64,000 nt of DNA from an uncultured Treponema sp. (GCA_949299755.1 CASGBA010000010.1:269-64268); one strand, 5' to 3'. Shown: positions 9,256 to 18,966, counted from the stretch's first letter. The notes: generated by a model from the letters alone, not told the origin. A program made the numbers and translations.

Positions 9256-10983
9256 TTATGAAAAAGACTTGCGGAGATGGCGCTTGAAAATTTCATCCGT
9301 GTCGGTTCTGGGCGTCACTCCGAAAGCGGGTATTGTTCCGCCAGCTTCAACCGTCCTGTAAATGGATTCAGACTGAATCTTGTATGCCGGACTGTAAGGA
9401 TCGTTTATCCACCAGTCAAGTACACTGAGGATGGACAGACTGTACCGAAGCAGCACGGCGTTTGTTTTGTTTGCGGAGTTTTTTCCGCCACACAGGGCAT
9501 CAAGTCTTCTTGACACCATATTGGGAATGTCGAACCGGTAATTATCAAAAGCATTTATCATGTCTCCGCCGGAGCTTCCCGGCTCTCCGCCCTTTGCCAT
9601 GGCCACCGCTTCGGATTTTTCCACGGATTTCATGTAATTTTCGAGAAGCACACGGAGCCGTGCGACCCTGGAAAACAGGGGAGGCAATCTGGGATCTTTC
9701 GGAAGCTTCTGGAAGCCGTAAAGTTGCGTATCAAAAAAAGGCATGAAATAATGCCGGATAAGCGAATACATATTTGACATGAGTTTTTGGGCGTAAGGCG
9801 TTTTTCCGAAATCCGGTTGGGTATAAATCTGATGGGTGTAGGATTTTAAGTCTTCGCTGAAGTTTTTATCGAATATACTTACCTTGTATAAAATCCAGTC
9901 ATCCAGAATATGGTAAATGTCATCATCCGGAAGATCTCCTCCGTCTCCGGTATGTATGATATTGAAGGTTGCGTGCCTCAGTCCTTGGAAAAGCTCCGCA
10001 AGGATTTGGAAAAGAATCATTGTCAGATGAAGTGGATTAGAGGGTGAAAGTTGTATAAAACTCTCCGACAGTTGGAGCAGGGATGAAAAATACGGCGCAA
10101 AGTCCTGGACGTATTCAGGGAACTCGGGAATATTGTGCCATCCGGCTTCCGGAAATAATTTTTCCAGATACTCCAAACCCCGGAAAACCCGGGAAGGAAT
10201 TTCCCGTTCGGCTTTTTCATCTTTTTTTGGAACGCTTGCCTGTTTCACCGTTGAGGGAACATCCTTTTCACGGGGTTTAGGTAAAAGGATTTCTTTGGGG
10301 TCTACTCCCAGCCATGCAAGTACTTTTGATCCGTTTTTATAAAAAAGATCCTTTTCGCTAAGGAAAACGGGGGAAACCATCCGCAACACCAGCGGATACA
10401 AAGTGGGGAAGACCTTTGTGTATATGTACTGCAATTCCTGGATGGCGGTAAGGGTGTTGTCTTTTAAAGCCTGTGGGTCGGCGGGAACTGTTTCTGCCGT
10501 AATAAAAGTGTAAACTGTCCTGTAACAGTCCGCGGTGTAATTGTGAGGCAAATAATATATGCGTATCAGGGATTTGTACAGGATTTTTATAAATGGCAGA
10601 AGCATGGGCAGGGAAATATTTCTGGCGGATTTTTGAAGTTGCCCCAAAACAGAACTCAAGGTTTTTAGGTCAATGTTGATTGCCACTGTGAAAATTCCTG
10701 CCGCAGTGGAATAAAAGGATTCTACTTTCGGAATAAAATTAACCGTATCGTTTCCGGGTATCATTCTTCTTGTGGATACCACATAATTTTGTATATGACC
10801 CAGAAAGTCATTCAGCGTATAAAGTATAAAATCCGGGTTTATCAGGTTTTTTTTGTCCCCGTGGAAAAATCCCGGAGGAAGTTTTATTTTATACTTCCTG
10901 TCCGACAGAAGCTGGTTCATTGCTGCCAGTTCTTTTTCCGTTGTTATGGGCAACCCGTCCGATCCTCTTTCAATGTCTGCCAT
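9256..10983 (-). CDS. Hypothetical protein, 575 aa, no recognisable domain
   Basis: Long uninterrupted ORF in the same orientation as its neighbours, 67 nt upstream of metA. No motif I can assign. Confidence 0.6.
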   Translation of the reverse strand: MADIERGSDGLPITTEKELAAMNQLLSDRKYKIKLPPGFFHGDKKNLINPDFILYTLNDFLGHIQNYVVSTRRMIPGNDTVNFIPKVESFYSTAAGIFTVAINIDLKTLSSVLGQLQKSARNISLPMLLPFIKILYKSLIRIYYLPHNYTADCYRTVYTFITAETVPADPQALKDNTLTAIQELQYIYTKVFPTLYPLVLRMVSPVFLSEKDLFYKNGSKVLAWLGVDPKEILLPKPREKDVPSTVKQASVPKKDEKAEREIPSRVFRGLEYLEKLFPEAGWHNIPEFPEYVQDFAPYFSSLLQLSESFIQLSPSNPLHLTMILFQILAELFQGLRHATFNIIHTGDGGDLPDDDIYHILDDWILYKVSIFDKNFSEDLKSYTHQIYTQPDFGKTPYAQKLMSNMYSLIRHYFMPFFDTQLYGFQKLPKDPRLPPLFSRVARLRVLLENYMKSVEKSEAVAMAKGGEPGSSGGDMINAFDNYRFDIPNMVSRRLDALCGGKNSANKTNAVLLRYSLSILSVLDWWINDPYSPAYKIQSESIYRTVEAGGTIPAFGVTPRTDTDEIFKRHLRKSFS

Positions 10984-11018
10984 TATAGTTCCATAAATAT
11001 ATATTGATTTGAATATTT

Positions 11019-12080
11019 TTACATCCGGAGCAAAATCTTTTTTGCTATACCCGGAAAATCTTTCAATACAAGGTCTTCGCCGTCTGCTGTTTTTAAAACC
11101 CCCTCATAATTTCCATAAATTGTTTTATATTGGGTACGCACAACAAAAAGGCTTTTTTTGTTTGCATGGACAGAAACCGGAAGAAATTTCAAATCCACCA
11201 TGTTTTCCGTATCCTGGATAATCCATTCCCCGCTTGAACCATAAGGTCTTGTTATACGGACCGGCGGCAGGGGGGTGATTTTCCCGTCATAGAAAAGTAC
11301 ATTGTTGTTGCAGTTAAAATCATCTTTTGAAACGGAATCCCCTATGTGGAAAGCCAGAATCCTGCCTTCGTGGAGGGAAAAACCGTATACTCCGGAGGTT
11401 TTTGTCCTCAGTGAAAAGTAGGCTTTTTTCATTTCAAAGAGAGCGGCTCCCTGTATCCGCCGGGGTTTCCCCCTCCAGATTATTTCTCCGCCGGAATATC
11501 CCACGGCGAAAAACGAGGCCTGACAGCGTCTTCGTGTCACATAGGGTATAAGGGTTGAAAAAACGGAACCTCCTGCCGCCGCCGATGACAAAGTTATTTT
11601 CGCCTGGAAGGCAGGCTTTTTGTCTTGTTTCCGTTTGCTGCGGGAACCGCTGAAATCCAGCTCAAGGGCAACGTTTTTTATTCCTTCCCGGATTGAAATT
11701 CTGGCGAATTTTCTTTTTGTCCGGCATGCGGTCACCCCGCCTTCTACTTTTCTTGGAATCCGGGTGAGCCTGTCGAAAATCGCTTTCCTGTAAATATGCC
11801 TTGAACCTGTCTCCCTGTCCCAAACAATGGTCTCCATATATGCAAAAAATGGGTTGGAAAAGAAAAAGGTTTCACCTATGAATTCTTCAGTGCAAAACAT
11901 AAAACGGGAAAACCCGAAAATCCTGAGTTTTGTTACTGCCGCCGGAATGGGGAATCCCCCGTAAGGGCGTTTCATTCCTGAAATATCAAAAAATTTAAAA
12001 TTCCCTGTATATGAGCCGAAATTCGGTTCTCTATTAAAAACCGGGTATTCAGGGGCTTCTTTTAGTTCTCTGGTATACAT
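11019..12080 (-). CDS. Hypothetical protein, 353 aa (possibly DUF2804-like; weak)
   Basis: Long ORF 35 nt upstream of the 575-aa ORF. Size and beta-rich composition are reminiscent of DUF2804, but this is memory-level similarity only. Confidence 0.55.
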   Translation of the reverse strand: MYTRELKEAPEYPVFNREPNFGSYTGNFKFFDISGMKRPYGGFPIPAAVTKLRIFGFSRFMFCTEEFIGETFFFSNPFFAYMETIVWDRETGSRHIYRKAIFDRLTRIPRKVEGGVTACRTKRKFARISIREGIKNVALELDFSGSRSKRKQDKKPAFQAKITLSSAAAGGSVFSTLIPYVTRRRCQASFFAVGYSGGEIIWRGKPRRIQGAALFEMKKAYFSLRTKTSGVYGFSLHEGRILAFHIGDSVSKDDFNCNNNVLFYDGKITPLPPVRITRPYGSSGEWIIQDTENMVDLKFLPVSVHANKKSLFVVRTQYKTIYGNYEGVLKTADGEDLVLKDFPGIAKKILLRM

Positions 12081-12158
12081 CTGTGAATCCTGTAGCGGAT
12101 TATTATAGCATACGTTTGTACTTGCGTAACAGTTTTTTTCAGCTTATCATCTATAAAT

Positions 12159-13568
12159 ATGAGTATTTCAATTTATTCTCTCGGTGCTGCCGAGGAGGTT
12201 ACCGGTTCAAAACATGTTTTGGATGTGGACGGAAGATTAATTTTGGTTGACTGCGGAGCCTTTCAAGGCAGGCGTGCGGAAGCGGATGCAAAAAACAGGG
12301 CTTTTGAGGTTCCTGCTGACAAGCTTGACGCTGTCGTTTTAACCCATGCCCATTATGACCACAGCGGCCTTCTTCCCATGTTGGGAATAAACGGATTTAA
12401 AGGAAATATTTATGCTACTCCGGCTTCCCGGGATTTAGCGAACCTTATAATGATGGATTCCGCAAAAATCCAAGCCAGGGATGCGGAATATCTTGCGAAA
12501 CAAGCTTCTAAAACCGGTGGAAAATTCAACTGGCGGCCTCTTTTCCGGGAAGGTGACGTGGTGAATACAATGAACCAGTTTGTGACCGTTTCTTATCACC
12601 GTCCTGTATGGATTTCCGAAAACGTGAAGCTGGAATTTTTCGATGCCGGACATATTTTAGGTTCTTCCATAGCCCTTCTTACCGCCCGGGACAGTTCCGG
12701 GAAAGAGGTCAGAATAGCTTATACAGGTGATTTGGGACGTAAATCCAAGTCCATTATCCGGGATCCTGAATATCTTCCGGCTGTGGATTACATTGTGCTG
12801 GAAAGCACCTACGGGGACAGGCTTCATGAAACCAGGGAAAACGCCTTTGAAAAGCTGGCTGAAATAGTTCTTAAGGCTGTCAAAATGAATGGGAAAATCA
12901 TAATTCCGGCTTTCGCCATTGAACGTACCCAGGAACTTGTGTTTTACCTGCACCAGCTTGTGGACAAAAAGCGCATCCCGGAAATCCCTGTTTATGTGGA
13001 TTCCCCCATGGCTGTAAATGCTACGACGATTTTTCAGGTTCATCCTGAATGTTATGATGAGGAAACGCACCAGGCTTTTGTGGTTCATCACAAAAACCCG
13101 TTCGGATTCAACTCCCTTCATTTTATAACGAGCGTCGAGGAATCAAAGGCTTTGAACAATATGGAAGGCCCGATGATTATCATAAGTGCGGACGGTATGT
13201 GTGAAGCCGGCCGGGTTGTCCATCATATTGCGAATAACATAAGCGATCCAACCGCTCAGGTTCTTCTGGTGGGATATATGGCGGAACATACGCTGGGACG
13301 TAAAATAAAGGACAGGGAACCTGAGCTTAAAATTATGGGGGAATGGTACAATGTACGCGCGGAAATTTCGGAGATAAATGCCTTGAGCGCCCATGCCGAC
13401 TACAAAGAGATGCTGGAATGGCTTAACGGATGTGACCGCTCGAATTTAAAGCGCATTTTTATGGTTCACGGGGAGCCTGAGGTACAGGTTGTCTTTAAGA
13501 AATTCTTAGGTGAAAACGGATTTAAGGATGTCCAGATTGTAAAAAGCAAGGAATTTTACAGTTTATGA
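12159..13568 (+). CDS. MBL-fold / beta-CASP RNA-metabolising hydrolase (CPSF/RNase J-like)
   Basis: Metallo-beta-lactamase motif LTHAHYDHSG and GSKHVLDVDGR..LVDCG. beta-CASP region (ESTYGD, AFAIERTQE) and C-terminal SAHAD motif. Confidence 0.85.
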   Translation: MSISIYSLGAAEEVTGSKHVLDVDGRLILVDCGAFQGRRAEADAKNRAFEVPADKLDAVVLTHAHYDHSGLLPMLGINGFKGNIYATPASRDLANLIMMDSAKIQARDAEYLAKQASKTGGKFNWRPLFREGDVVNTMNQFVTVSYHRPVWISENVKLEFFDAGHILGSSIALLTARDSSGKEVRIAYTGDLGRKSKSIIRDPEYLPAVDYIVLESTYGDRLHETRENAFEKLAEIVLKAVKMNGKIIIPAFAIERTQELVFYLHQLVDKKRIPEIPVYVDSPMAVNATTIFQVHPECYDEETHQAFVVHHKNPFGFNSLHFITSVEESKALNNMEGPMIIISADGMCEAGRVVHHIANNISDPTAQVLLVGYMAEHTLGRKIKDREPELKIMGEWYNVRAEISEINALSAHADYKEMLEWLNGCDRSNLKRIFMVHGEPEVQVVFKKFLGENGFKDVQIVKSKEFYSL

Positions 13569-14434
13569 CAAAGAATTCTCCGGACACCACTGTTATAACC
13601 GGTTTTCATGTGATAGAGGAGACTGTCCGTGCCGTGGCGGAAAAAGAGGCCGGAAAAAAATCCGGCGGGAATGCCTGCCGGCCAGGAATACGTATCTTTT
13701 TCTCAAAAGAAGGTCCCCGGGTCAGAAAAATCCTTGCCCTGGCGGAAAAAAACGGCATTCCCTGCGTAAAAACCGATGCCGGTACCCTGAATTCAATGGT
13801 TTCCTCCCTTCCCCAGGAGTTGAAAGACCACCGGGGAATTGTATGCTCCCTGGAATCAGTTTCAGGGAAAAACGGCTTACCTGATGGCGCCCGGCCTTTT
13901 AATATTCAGATGTCCCTGGATTCTCTTATGGATTCCGTAAAGACACTGGATTCCTGCCTGGTGTTGGTTTTGGACAGTGTTACCGACCCCCATAATCTTG
14001 GCGCGGTTTTACGCAGCGCCGACCAGTTCCAGGCTTCCGCCTTGATTGTACCCGAAAGCAGGTCCGCAAAGGACAGCGGCGAAGAAAACGGCGTTGTCGC
14101 CAGAGCCAGTGCCGGGGCATCAGCCTGGATTCCTCTGGTGCGTACTTCCAACCTGGTGAGGGCTGTTGAACGCTTTAAGCAAGCCGGTTTTTGGGTGTAC
14201 GGAGCGGAAGCCGGGGGACAGTCTGTGGCTGACGTAAAGCTTCCGGATAAAACGGTTTTTATCATGGGTAGTGAAGGAAGTGGTATTTCCAGGCTCCTCA
14301 GGGAAAACTGCGATGGTTTTGTTTCAATACCGGCGGCCGGCCGGTTGGACAGCTTGAATGTTTCCGTTGCCGCTGGTATTCTCCTGTATGAATTCCGTAG
14401 GCAGAAAGGATACGGGTTGCCCCTTTCATATTAG
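13565..14434 (+). CDS. rlmB: TrmH/SpoU-family rRNA 2'-O-methyltransferase (RlmB-like)
   Basis: SpoU motifs LVLDSVTDPHNLGAVLRSA, FIMGSEGSGIS and SLNVSVAAGILLYE. 4-nt overlap with the upstream gene. Confidence 0.8.
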   Translation: MTKNSPDTTVITGFHVIEETVRAVAEKEAGKKSGGNACRPGIRIFFSKEGPRVRKILALAEKNGIPCVKTDAGTLNSMVSSLPQELKDHRGIVCSLESVSGKNGLPDGARPFNIQMSLDSLMDSVKTLDSCLVLVLDSVTDPHNLGAVLRSADQFQASALIVPESRSAKDSGEENGVVARASAGASAWIPLVRTSNLVRAVERFKQAGFWVYGAEAGGQSVADVKLPDKTVFIMGSEGSGISRLLRENCDGFVSIPAAGRLDSLNVSVAAGILLYEFRRQKGYGLPLSY

Positions 14435-14463
14435 ACGGCGGTTTATGCCATTAGGAGGGTTTT

Positions 14464-15432
14464 ATGGATATTGTGGTTCTTGACGGCTATGCCCTCAATC
14501 CCGGTGATTTAAGCTGGGACGGTTTGAAAAAAATCGGCGGATGCGGGAATTTAAGAATATATGACAGAACCCCTCCGGATCAGGTGGTTCCCAGAATAGG
14601 GAATGCAGAGATTGTTTTCACAAATAAAACAGTCTTAACTGATGAAATTTTCGCTGCCTGTCCTTCCCTGCGTTATGTGGGCATTTTGGCCACGGGTTTT
14701 AATGTGGTTGATACCGAATCCGCCGCCCGCCGTGGCATTGCTGTTACCAATGTACCCGGATACAGCACCATTGCGGTTGTGCAGCATTTGTTTGCCCTCA
14801 TTTTTGAGTGGACAAACCAGATTCATATACACAGCGAATCTGTCATGAAAGGAGAATGGGTCGCCTCCCCGGATTTCTGTTACTGGAAAACCCCTCTTAT
14901 GGAAATTTCCGGGAAAACCCTGGGTATATTCGGTTTCGGTTCCATCGGCCAAAAAGCTGCCGGAGTGGCTTTGGCTTTCGGGATGAACGTTTCGGTGTGC
15001 ACCCGCTCCGTGGAAAAAATAGAGAAATCCGGCTTAAATGTAAAACCTGTTTCTTTGGAAACCCTGTTTTCTGATTCGGATTTTATAACCCTTCATGCAC
15101 CCCTGACAAACGAAACCAGGTTTGTGGTTAATTCCGGAACCCTTGCCAAGGTTAAACCAGGTGCCATGTTGATAAACACCGCCCGGGGACCTCTTGTGGA
15201 TGAAAATGCGGTCCGGGAAGCTTTGGATTCAGGCCGGCTCGGATGCTACGCCGCGGATGTCATTTCTTCTGAGCCAATGGCCGCGGACAATCCTTTGCTG
15301 GGTGCTCCAAATTGTATATTGACCCCGCATATTGCCTGGGCACCAAAAGAAACCAGGAACCGCCTTGCCAGAATAGCGGTTTCCAATCTGGAAGCTTTTT
15401 TCCGGGGCGAAAGGCTCAACAGGATTGTCTGA
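14464..15432 (+). CDS. D-isomer-specific 2-hydroxyacid dehydrogenase (glycerate/hydroxypyruvate reductase-like)
   Basis: NAD-binding GIFGFGSIGQ, catalytic-region LINTARG..VD and TPHIAW motifs. Confidence 0.85.
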   Translation: MDIVVLDGYALNPGDLSWDGLKKIGGCGNLRIYDRTPPDQVVPRIGNAEIVFTNKTVLTDEIFAACPSLRYVGILATGFNVVDTESAARRGIAVTNVPGYSTIAVVQHLFALIFEWTNQIHIHSESVMKGEWVASPDFCYWKTPLMEISGKTLGIFGFGSIGQKAAGVALAFGMNVSVCTRSVEKIEKSGLNVKPVSLETLFSDSDFITLHAPLTNETRFVVNSGTLAKVKPGAMLINTARGPLVDENAVREALDSGRLGCYAADVISSEPMAADNPLLGAPNCILTPHIAWAPKETRNRLARIAVSNLEAFFRGERLNRIV

Positions 15433-15495
15433 TATCCGCGGAGGTTTCCGGGTTTTTAACCCTATGTAAAAAATATGATTCAGTCTTGAAAACGG

Positions 15496-15524
15496 TTGCC
15501 CAACACCGGCTTTTAATGTATAAT
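15496..15524 (+). promoter_or_regulatory. Putative sigma70-type promoter of the hydrogenase operon
   Basis: TTGCCC (15496-15501), 17-nt spacer, then TATAAT (15519-15524), about 100 nt upstream of the first hydrogenase gene. Confidence 0.45.
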
Positions 15525-15622
15525 GAAGCATGGCTTTTATCGATATAATTTTATCGATAAATCACAGGATAAGATTTGCAATACAAGATTTTATTCAGAA
15601 ATTGATTTTCTTGGGGGTTTAC

Positions 15623-16096
15623 ATGGCGACAGCGTGCGGGTTCTCTAATGAACTCAATACGTTTATTGATGAATGGAAACAAAAACCCGGAAACCTCATT
15701 ATGATCCTTCATAAGGTTCAGGAAGAGCAGGGGTATATTTCCAAAGAGGCTGCGGCTGAGGTTGCGGCAAGGACAGGTAATCCGTTGGCAAGGGTTTACG
15801 GAACCATGACCTTCTACCATTTTTTCAAAACGGTGAAGCCCGGAAAAAACAAGGTCAGTGTGTGCCTGGGAACCGCCTGTTATTTGAAAGGCGGGCAGGA
15901 TTTGATTGACGAGGCAAAGTCAATCCTTAATATCTCTGACGGTTCGATAACAACCGAAGACGGACTTTTTTCTGTTGAACCTGTGCGCTGCATAGGTTGT
16001 TGCGGATTGGCGCCGGTTTTATCGATTAATAATGATGTGTACGGAAAGCTGACCAAAGACCAGATCAGCGGAATTCTGGATAAATATAGAACCTGA
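15623..16096 (+). CDS. hydC: NuoE-like [2Fe-2S] subunit of a multimeric [FeFe] hydrogenase (HydC/HndA type)
   Basis: Thioredoxin-like 2Fe-2S pattern VCLGTACYLKG...CIGCCGLAP. ATG 15623 is preferred because the upstream part of the ORF lies in AT-rich leader. Confidence 0.85.
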   Translation: MATACGFSNELNTFIDEWKQKPGNLIMILHKVQEEQGYISKEAAAEVAARTGNPLARVYGTMTFYHFFKTVKPGKNKVSVCLGTACYLKGGQDLIDEAKSILNISDGSITTEDGLFSVEPVRCIGCCGLAPVLSINNDVYGKLTKDQISGILDKYRT

Positions 16097-16100
16097 TTTC

Positions 16101-16736
16101 ATGCATTACTCGCTTTGCGATATGTTCAGTGATTTGACCCAGAATTCAATAGAAGCGGGAGCTGGAAATGTGGAAATACGTCTGGAACAGACTGAAACTT
16201 CCATCTTTTTCAGTGTTAAGGATGATGGAAAGGGAATGACGGGTAAACAGCTTGAAAAAGCTTCGGATCCCTTTTACACGGATGGAGTGAAACATCCGGG
16301 AAGGAAAGTAGGACTTGGCATTCCTTTCCTGATTCAAACCGCCGAAGAAACAGGAGGATCTTGGAAAATCGAAACCCATTCAGCCGGAAACGAGGCCGCG
16401 GAAATGGGGTCCGGGCAGGAAACCTGGAACGGCCTTTCCCGGAATGGGGAAACCGGCACTTTCTTAGCCTGCTCGTTTGATTTGACAAACATAGATTTGC
16501 CTCCTCTGGGGGATGTCCCCGGATTTCTCAGGCAGGTTTTGACTTTCAACCGTGATTATGAGATGACGGTCAAACGAAAGGCTCCTTGGACGGAGTACAC
16601 CATAAAAAGGTCGGAACTTTTGGATGTTCTGGAATTAAATTCTCCTGAAGAATTCTCGGAAGTTTCGGTGTTGAGTTTATTGGGAACATATCTCGAATCT
16701 CTTGAATCAGAAGAATCGGAGGAAAACAATGGCTAA
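16101..16736 (+). CDS. GHKL (histidine-kinase-like) ATPase domain protein without HisKA or a phospho-acceptor His
   Basis: N-box-like LTQNSIEAGA, then VKDDGKGM (G1) and GLGIPFL (G2). Embedded between hydrogenase subunit genes. Its last 8 nt overlap the next gene. Confidence 0.75.
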   Translation: MHYSLCDMFSDLTQNSIEAGAGNVEIRLEQTETSIFFSVKDDGKGMTGKQLEKASDPFYTDGVKHPGRKVGLGIPFLIQTAEETGGSWKIETHSAGNEAAEMGSGQETWNGLSRNGETGTFLACSFDLTNIDLPPLGDVPGFLRQVLTFNRDYEMTVKRKAPWTEYTIKRSELLDVLELNSPEEFSEVSVLSLLGTYLESLESEESEENNG

Positions 16737-17124
16737 AATGACTTTGGAAGAATTGCGGAAGCTGCGTGAATCCACCCAGCAGCAGATTAAAAAACGGGAA
16801 ACAGACGGTAAAACTGCCCAGATCATTGTCGCTATGGGAACCTGTGGAATCGCCGCCGGTGCTAAGGCCACCCTTGACGCCTTTGTCAAGGAAGTGGATG
16901 ACCACGGTATGGGTGGATCCGTAATCATCCGCCAGACAGGATGTATGGGACTCTGCCAGAATGAACCAACTGTGGAAGTGGTTATGACGGGTATGCCTAA
17001 TATTATTTACGGCCGTGTTACTCCGGATGTGGCAAAAGAAATTGTGGAAAGGCATCTTGTAAAAAAAGAACTGTTGGAAGACAGGATTTTGGATCGTCCC
17101 GCCAGGGATATCATGAAAAATTAA
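16729..17124 (+). CDS. Thioredoxin-like [2Fe-2S] ferredoxin (HndB-type hydrogenase subunit)
   Basis: IIVAMGTCGIAAGA...GCMGLCQNEP Cys pattern. ATG 16729 (MAKMTLEEL). Confidence 0.8.
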   Translation: MAKMTLEELRKLRESTQQQIKKRETDGKTAQIIVAMGTCGIAAGAKATLDAFVKEVDDHGMGGSVIIRQTGCMGLCQNEPTVEVVMTGMPNIIYGRVTPDVAKEIVERHLVKKELLEDRILDRPARDIMKN

Positions 17125-17172
17125 CCCGGACCGGGAGATTTATGTAAGGGAAACCAAGACAGGAGTCATAGA

Positions 17173-18954
17173 ATGGCATATAAGCATTACATACTTGTTT
17201 GCGGCGGAACCGGATGTGAATCCAGTAACGCCGACGGGATTTACACCAGCCTGATAAACGAAGCCAAGGCCGCCGGTGTAGCGGAGGATGTCCAGATTGT
17301 AAAAACAGGATGCTTCGGTTTTTGCGAAAAAGGGCCTATTGTAAAGGTTCTTCCGGAGGATTCTTTTTATGTCGAAGTCCATCCTGAAGACGCAAAGGAA
17401 ATTATAAATGAACAGATTGTAAAGGGACGTGAAGTACCACGCCTTCTTTACAATAAAGAAAAACACAGTACGGAAACTGTTGAGGAAATCCAGTTTTACC
17501 AAAAACAGTTGCGCATTGTTTTGAGAAACTGTGGTGTAATCAATCCTGAGAACATCGAAGAATACATAGCCCGTGACGGTTACCGCGCTTTGGAAAAAGC
17601 CCTCTTCGAGATGACCCCGGAACAGATTGTCGATGAAGTCAAGAAATCCGGTTTGCGCGGACGAGGCGGTGCAGGATTCCCCACCGGTCTTAAATGGGAA
17701 GCCGGTTTGAAGGCTGCCGGGGATGTTAAATATGTTGTCTGCAATGCGGACGAAGGGGACCCCGGAGCTTACATGGACCGCTCTACGATTGAGGGCGATC
17801 CCCATTCCGTAATCGAAGCCATGATTATCTGCGGCCGTGCTATCGGCGCCCACCAGGGTTTCATCTACATCCGTGCGGAATATCCCCTTGCAGTTGAAAG
17901 ACTCAGGATTGCCATGGCCCAGGCAAAGGACGCCGGTCTTCTCGGAAAGGATATCCTGGGATCAGGTTTTGATTTTGACATTGAGATCCGTCTTGGCGCC
18001 GGTGCCTTTGTTTGCGGTGAAGAGACAGCCCTGCTCCGTTCCATCGAGGGGCAGCGGGGTATGCCCACACCGAAGCCTCCGTTCCCGGCCCAGTCCGGTT
18101 TGTGGGGTCGCCCCACGGTTATAAACAATGTGGAAACCTGGGCGAATATCCCCGTTATACTTACAAAGGGCGCGGATTGGTTTAACAAAATCGGCACGGA
18201 AGATTCCAAGGGTACGAAGGTTTTCGCCCTTACAGGAAAGGTGAACAATTCCGGTCTCGTTGAAGTTCCCATGGGAACAACCCTCCGTGAAATCATTTTT
18301 GAAATCGGCGGCGGTATTAAAGGCGGAAAGAAATTCAAGGGTGTCCAGACCGGCGGTCCCTCCGGAGGAATCCTGACTGAGTCGGACTTGGACACTCCCA
18401 TCGATTTCGGTGCCCTCCAGAGACTCGGTTCAATGATGGGTTCCGGCGGCATGATTGTCATGGATGAAGATGACTGCGTTGTGGACGTGTCGAAATTCTA
18501 CATGGAATTCTGTGTGGATGAATCCTGCGGAAAATGCTCGCCCTGCCGTATCGGTACACGCCAGATTCATGCCCTGCTTGACAAAATTTCCCGGGGTAAC
18601 GGTGAGCTTTCAGACTTGGATAAACTCAAGGAAATAGGTTTCGCCATGCAGAAATCTTCCCTGTGCGCCCTCGGCCAGTCCGCTCCTAACCCGACCCTTT
18701 CAACCCTGCGCAAATTCGAGCAGGAATATATCGATCACATTGTGAATAAGAAATGTGCGGCGGGAAAATGCAAGAAGCTTATCAGTTATATTATCACTGA
18801 CAAGTGTATCGGTTGCGGTATGTGTGCCCGCCGCTGTCCCGCTGAATGTATTTCCGGCGAAAAGAAAACCCGCCATGTGATAGATCAGAGCAAGTGTCTT
18901 AAATGCGGCGCGTGTTTCACCGCATGTAAATTCAACGCCATTGTGAAGCAGTAA
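17173..18954 (+). CDS. hydB: NuoF-like NAD(P)H/FMN-binding subunit of the [FeFe] hydrogenase (HydB/HndC type)
   Basis: N-terminal 2Fe-2S (CGGTGC...CFGFCEKGP). FMN/NAD motifs GLRGRGGAGFPTGLKW and CNADEGDPGA. SLBB region, CGKCSPCR 4Fe-4S, and a C-terminal 2x[4Fe-4S] ferredoxin (CIGCGMCARRCP, CLKCGACFTAC). Confidence 0.9.
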   Translation: MAYKHYILVCGGTGCESSNADGIYTSLINEAKAAGVAEDVQIVKTGCFGFCEKGPIVKVLPEDSFYVEVHPEDAKEIINEQIVKGREVPRLLYNKEKHSTETVEEIQFYQKQLRIVLRNCGVINPENIEEYIARDGYRALEKALFEMTPEQIVDEVKKSGLRGRGGAGFPTGLKWEAGLKAAGDVKYVVCNADEGDPGAYMDRSTIEGDPHSVIEAMIICGRAIGAHQGFIYIRAEYPLAVERLRIAMAQAKDAGLLGKDILGSGFDFDIEIRLGAGAFVCGEETALLRSIEGQRGMPTPKPPFPAQSGLWGRPTVINNVETWANIPVILTKGADWFNKIGTEDSKGTKVFALTGKVNNSGLVEVPMGTTLREIIFEIGGGIKGGKKFKGVQTGGPSGGILTESDLDTPIDFGALQRLGSMMGSGGMIVMDEDDCVVDVSKFYMEFCVDESCGKCSPCRIGTRQIHALLDKISRGNGELSDLDKLKEIGFAMQKSSLCALGQSAPNPTLSTLRKFEQEYIDHIVNKKCAAGKCKKLISYIITDKCIGCGMCARRCPAECISGEKKTRHVIDQSKCLKCGACFTACKFNAIVKQ

Positions 18955-18966
18955 GAGGAGCGTAGA

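Noticed and set aside
17140-18461. 237-aa and 198-aa ORFs antisense to the NuoF-like gene
   Set aside because: They are shadow ORFs opposite a gene with complete FMN/NAD and Fe-S motifs, and carry no motifs of their own.
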